Part shown: positions 16,433 to 19,115 of the stretch, in pieces
How positions within the stretch are numbered: position 1 is the stretch's first letter
Layout: each line of letters starts with the position of its first letter
From: a bacterium
GTDB lineage: Bacteria > Zhuqueibacterota > Zhuqueibacteria > Oceanimicrobiales > Oceanimicrobiaceae
NCBI GenBank assembly: GCA_046758365.1
Contig: JBHIAC010000052.1
Span: 1-19,115, forward strand
DNA length: 19,115 nucleotides
Reading direction: 5' to 3'
Program-made: the position numbers and the translations under genes
Notes under the pieces: model-generated
Told to the model about the DNA's origin: nothing
The model's database searches: none
What the model saw: the letters and a program-made list of their open reading frames with translations, nothing else

Positions 16433-16615
16433 GTTTTTACCCCTTCCTCCTTTAGTACGGTGGGACCTTTAGGCTGATCCTAATTTCAATTGAATAATAA
16501 ATAAAATTTATCTTCATCAAAAGCAGCGAACCCTCTAATTAGGATAGAAAGATATGATTTTTTAAAAAGTTTCCTCTACGAAAGGTAGGACTCACTGAAG
16601 CAACAAAACTATTTT

Positions 16616-16644
16616 AATTTAATAAAATAATTTGACTTTGTCAA
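16616..16644 (-). promoter_or_regulatory. Putative sigma70-type promoter of the M23 gene with a palindrome over -35
   Basis: TTGACA-N17-TAAATT; TTGAC-TTT-GTCAA palindrome at 16632-16644. Confidence 0.5.
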
Positions 16645-16688
16645 GTAAAAAATAAATTTAGTGACATTAATTTCAGATTTATTCTTTT

Positions 16689-17546
16689 TCAGCCTAAATA
16701 GCCTCGCAAAGTTTTACTTCTTGAAGCATGTCGGAGTCTTTTAATGGCTTTCGCTTTTATTTGCCTAACTCTTTCACGCGTGAGGCCAAAACGTTCCCCA
16801 ATTTCTTCTAAAGTAAGTGGATGTTCCTGTCCTAAACCAAAATAGAGTTTTATAACCTCAGCTTCTCTTTTAGTTAAAAAACTTAAAGTCCTTTCAATTT
16901 CAATTTTCAGGGACTCATCTATCAGTAAATGATCGGGAGAGGGCAATTCCTCGTTTTCCAATACGTCCAACAACCGACTATCTGCATCTTGATTAAACGG
17001 GGCATCCAGCGATATATGTCTTCCAGAAATTTTCAGCGTATCGGACACTTCTATCGTTGACATTTCCAGCTCATCTGCAATTTCTGTAGCCAATGGCTCG
17101 CGCTCGAATTCTTGCTCCAAGACACTAAAGGCTTTACCGATTTTATTAAGAGCCCCAACCCTATTTAAAGGAAGGCGTACCACGCGTGACTGTTCAGCTA
17201 ATGCCTGAAGTATGGATTGTCGGATCCACCAAACGGCATATGAAATAAATTTAAAACCCCGTGTTAGGTCAAATCTATAGGCGGCTTTTATGAGTCCAAG
17301 ATTACCTTCATTTATTAAATCACCTAAAGAAAGACCCTGATTTTGATACTGCTTGGCCACACTTACAACAAATCTCAAATTAGCTTTTGTGAGTTTTTCA
17401 AGCGCTTCCTGATTGCCTTTTTTGACTTCTTTGGCAAGTTCAATTTCTTCTTCTGGGGATAAAAGAGGAACCCCACTAATTTCTTGTAAATATTGTTCTA
17501 AAGATTGCTCAGAACGATTATTACTACCTAAAATGCTTTTAGACAC
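16689..17546 (-). CDS. RNA polymerase sigma70 factor, RpoD/SigA family (short form lacking region 1.1)
   Basis: [41 protein letters not shown]...TRERVRQI; 285 aa. Confidence 0.95.
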   Translation of the reverse strand: MSKSILGSNNRSEQSLEQYLQEISGVPLLSPEEEIELAKEVKKGNQEALEKLTKANLRFVVSVAKQYQNQGLSLGDLINEGNLGLIKAAYRFDLTRGFKFISYAVWWIRQSILQALAEQSRVVRLPLNRVGALNKIGKAFSVLEQEFEREPLATEIADELEMSTIEVSDTLKISGRHISLDAPFNQDADSRLLDVLENEELPSPDHLLIDESLKIEIERTLSFLTKREAEVIKLYFGLGQEHPLTLEEIGERFGLTRERVRQIKAKAIKRLRHASRSKTLRGYLG

Positions 17547-17721
17547 AAATACTCCCTTTTAAGCTAATTTGAGAGGATTAAGTCATCTATTCTATTAAGA
17601 AGTAAATGTAAGATTCATTGAAGATTGAAAATAAAATAAAGTTTCTCATTTCATAATATGTTAAATAACAGTAAGGGAAGTAACGGCAGTAAATTTAAGA
17701 AGTATCAAATAAACTTTTATA

Positions 17722-17750
17722 AATATAAAAATTTTTTATAAAGTTGTCAA
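17722..17750 (-). promoter_or_regulatory. Putative sigma70-type promoter of the sigma factor gene
   Basis: TTGACA-N17-TATATT. Confidence 0.55.
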
Positions 17751-17772
17751 TATTTTAATTTTAAAATATAAT

Positions 17773-17800
17773 TTGATTTAATTTGCATCTTAAATATAAT
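17773..17800 (+). promoter_or_regulatory. Putative divergent promoter of the TPR gene
   Basis: TTGATT-N16-TATAAT upstream of ATG 17855. Confidence 0.4.
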
Positions 17801-17854
17801 GCAGTATATTTGTTCTTGTCTAATTGTAATGTTCATCTAATTTCCTGTGATTTT

Positions 17855-18895
17855 ATGAAAAATCTCTTTTTTAGTTTTGCCTTATTGTTATTTTTAAGGA
17901 TTCCTGCTGCTTCTCAAGTAATTATTACAGCTAATACGGATTCGCTTATTCAAATTGGTATACGTTTAAGTATCTTACAGTCTTATGATGAAGCCGAAGC
18001 CATATTTACAAAAATTGAAATGAAGATGCCAGAGAGTCCAGTGGGTTATTTTTTTCATGCTGCTTCTTTGCAATTAAAAATGATGGACTTCGAAATCTAC
18101 GACGAAGATAGTAAATTTTTATCATTAATAAATAAAACCATTAAATTATCACAAATACAACTTAAGAAGCAGCCGAAAGATGCTTGGGCATACTTTTTTT
18201 TGGGTGGAGGTTTTGGTTATTTGGCTTTTTATCAAGCTAAACACAAAAAAATTGTAGAAGCGTTCCAAAATAGTAACCGTAGTGTCAAAGCACTTGAGGC
18301 TGCTTTAATAATAGATAGTACACTGTACGACGCTTATTTAGGAGTTGGCACTTATAAATATTATCGAAGCAAGTTAAGCCGATATTTGACTTGGCTCCCT
18401 TTTGTTAGGGATGAACGCGCAAAGGGCATTAAAATGATTAAAACATCCATACAAAAAAGTCAATATTCTCGCTATGCCGCGTTAAACGGCTATTGTTGGA
18501 TTTCAATTGCTGAGGGCAATATAAATGAAAGTTGGCAGTTGGTAAAAAGTGCTTTGGAAGAGGTTCCCGAAAGCCGCGTGTTCCTTTGGTGTGCAGCTGA
18601 AATTGCTGTAAAACTTAATCGATGGGAAGAAGCACTTGCTTTTTATATGAAAATTTTAGATTCTTTAAAAAATCAAAATGTCCTTTCACCGTATAATGAA
18701 TTTGAGTGCCGAAGGCGCATGGCACAAATTTATTTTCAAATTATGAATTTCAAAAAGGCTCAAGAAGAATGTGACAAGATCATTAATATTAAAATGAACA
18801 AAAAAACCCAGGAACGGTTGGCAAACAAACTGAAAAATTTGCAAAATGTTTGTAACGAGCACTCACAAAAATCATTGAATCATAGCACAAATTAA
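17855..18895 (+). CDS. Secreted tetratricopeptide-repeat-like protein
   Basis: Signal peptide MKNLFFSFALLLFLRIPAASQ from ATG 17855; helical repeats such as DAWAYFFLG, DAYLGVG, WEEALAFY. Confidence 0.75.
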   Translation: MKNLFFSFALLLFLRIPAASQVIITANTDSLIQIGIRLSILQSYDEAEAIFTKIEMKMPESPVGYFFHAASLQLKMMDFEIYDEDSKFLSLINKTIKLSQIQLKKQPKDAWAYFFLGGGFGYLAFYQAKHKKIVEAFQNSNRSVKALEAALIIDSTLYDAYLGVGTYKYYRSKLSRYLTWLPFVRDERAKGIKMIKTSIQKSQYSRYAALNGYCWISIAEGNINESWQLVKSALEEVPESRVFLWCAAEIAVKLNRWEEALAFYMKILDSLKNQNVLSPYNEFECRRRMAQIYFQIMNFKKAQEECDKIINIKMNKKTQERLANKLKNLQNVCNEHSQKSLNHSTN

Positions 18896-19009
18896 TTCCT
18901 TTGATGAAAAAGCTGCGGGTAGAGACGAAAATACAAATGACGCAATCTTTTATGGTTTCGATAAAAGTGCTGCCTATACCCCCTCTCCTCCAACAGATTA
19001 ATTTTTTAC

Positions 19010-19038
19010 TTGATTTCTTACAGTTTATTAATTATCTT
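19010..19038 (+). promoter_or_regulatory. Possible promoter for a gene beyond the window
   Basis: TTGATT-N17-TATCTT. Confidence 0.3.
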
Positions 19039-19115
19039 AAATTAATAACTCGGTGCAAGGGACTAACGTCATAAATGTTATCCTTTATTTAAAGGACTTA
19101 TCGACGAATCTACTC

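Noticed and set aside
16433..16610. c-di-AMP (ydaO) or c-di-GMP riboswitch assignment
   Set aside because: Only fragmentary resemblance; conserved core motifs are not present in the right order.
18925..18975. c-di-GMP-I riboswitch (GACGCAA...GCTGCC)
   Set aside because: Lacks the GGCAAA and GNRA-capped stem that should precede GACGCAA, and is not clearly in a 5' leader.

Overview
AT-rich bacterial chromosomal window, mostly housekeeping genes on the minus strand. The gene mix (diderm-type secreted proteins with DivIVA and type 2 IleRS) suggests an FCB-group lineage such as KSB1, Calditrichota or Ignavibacteria; this is inference only. Reading in transcription order on the minus strand: a short RpoD-family sigma factor, an M23 peptidase, a lamin-tail-domain secreted protein, then a yggS-yggT-divIVA-lipoprotein-PNP-HEPN-ORF89-ileS-dksA/traR-lspA-rluD cluster. 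After that come two secreted beta-repeat (DUF4097-like) genes, a zinc-finger/membrane-anchored polysaccharide deacetylase, yggX and a partial tldD. One TPR-like gene lies on the plus strand. The most interesting signals are non-coding or accessory: (1) a candidate sigma54-dependent small RNA (~3039-3160) with an upstream palindrome, a C-rich anti-Shine-Dalgarno tract and an intrinsic terminator; (2) three unrelated MITE-like element types, one present as two ~92% identical 260-bp copies; (3) a HEPN gene plus a motif-less MNT-like partner translationally coupled to ileS; (4) a GIHH-motif IleRS2; (5) two genes that look internally deleted; (6) a structured ~175-nt leader with a uORF before the M23 gene. 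No tRNA, rRNA, CRISPR array or transposase was seen.
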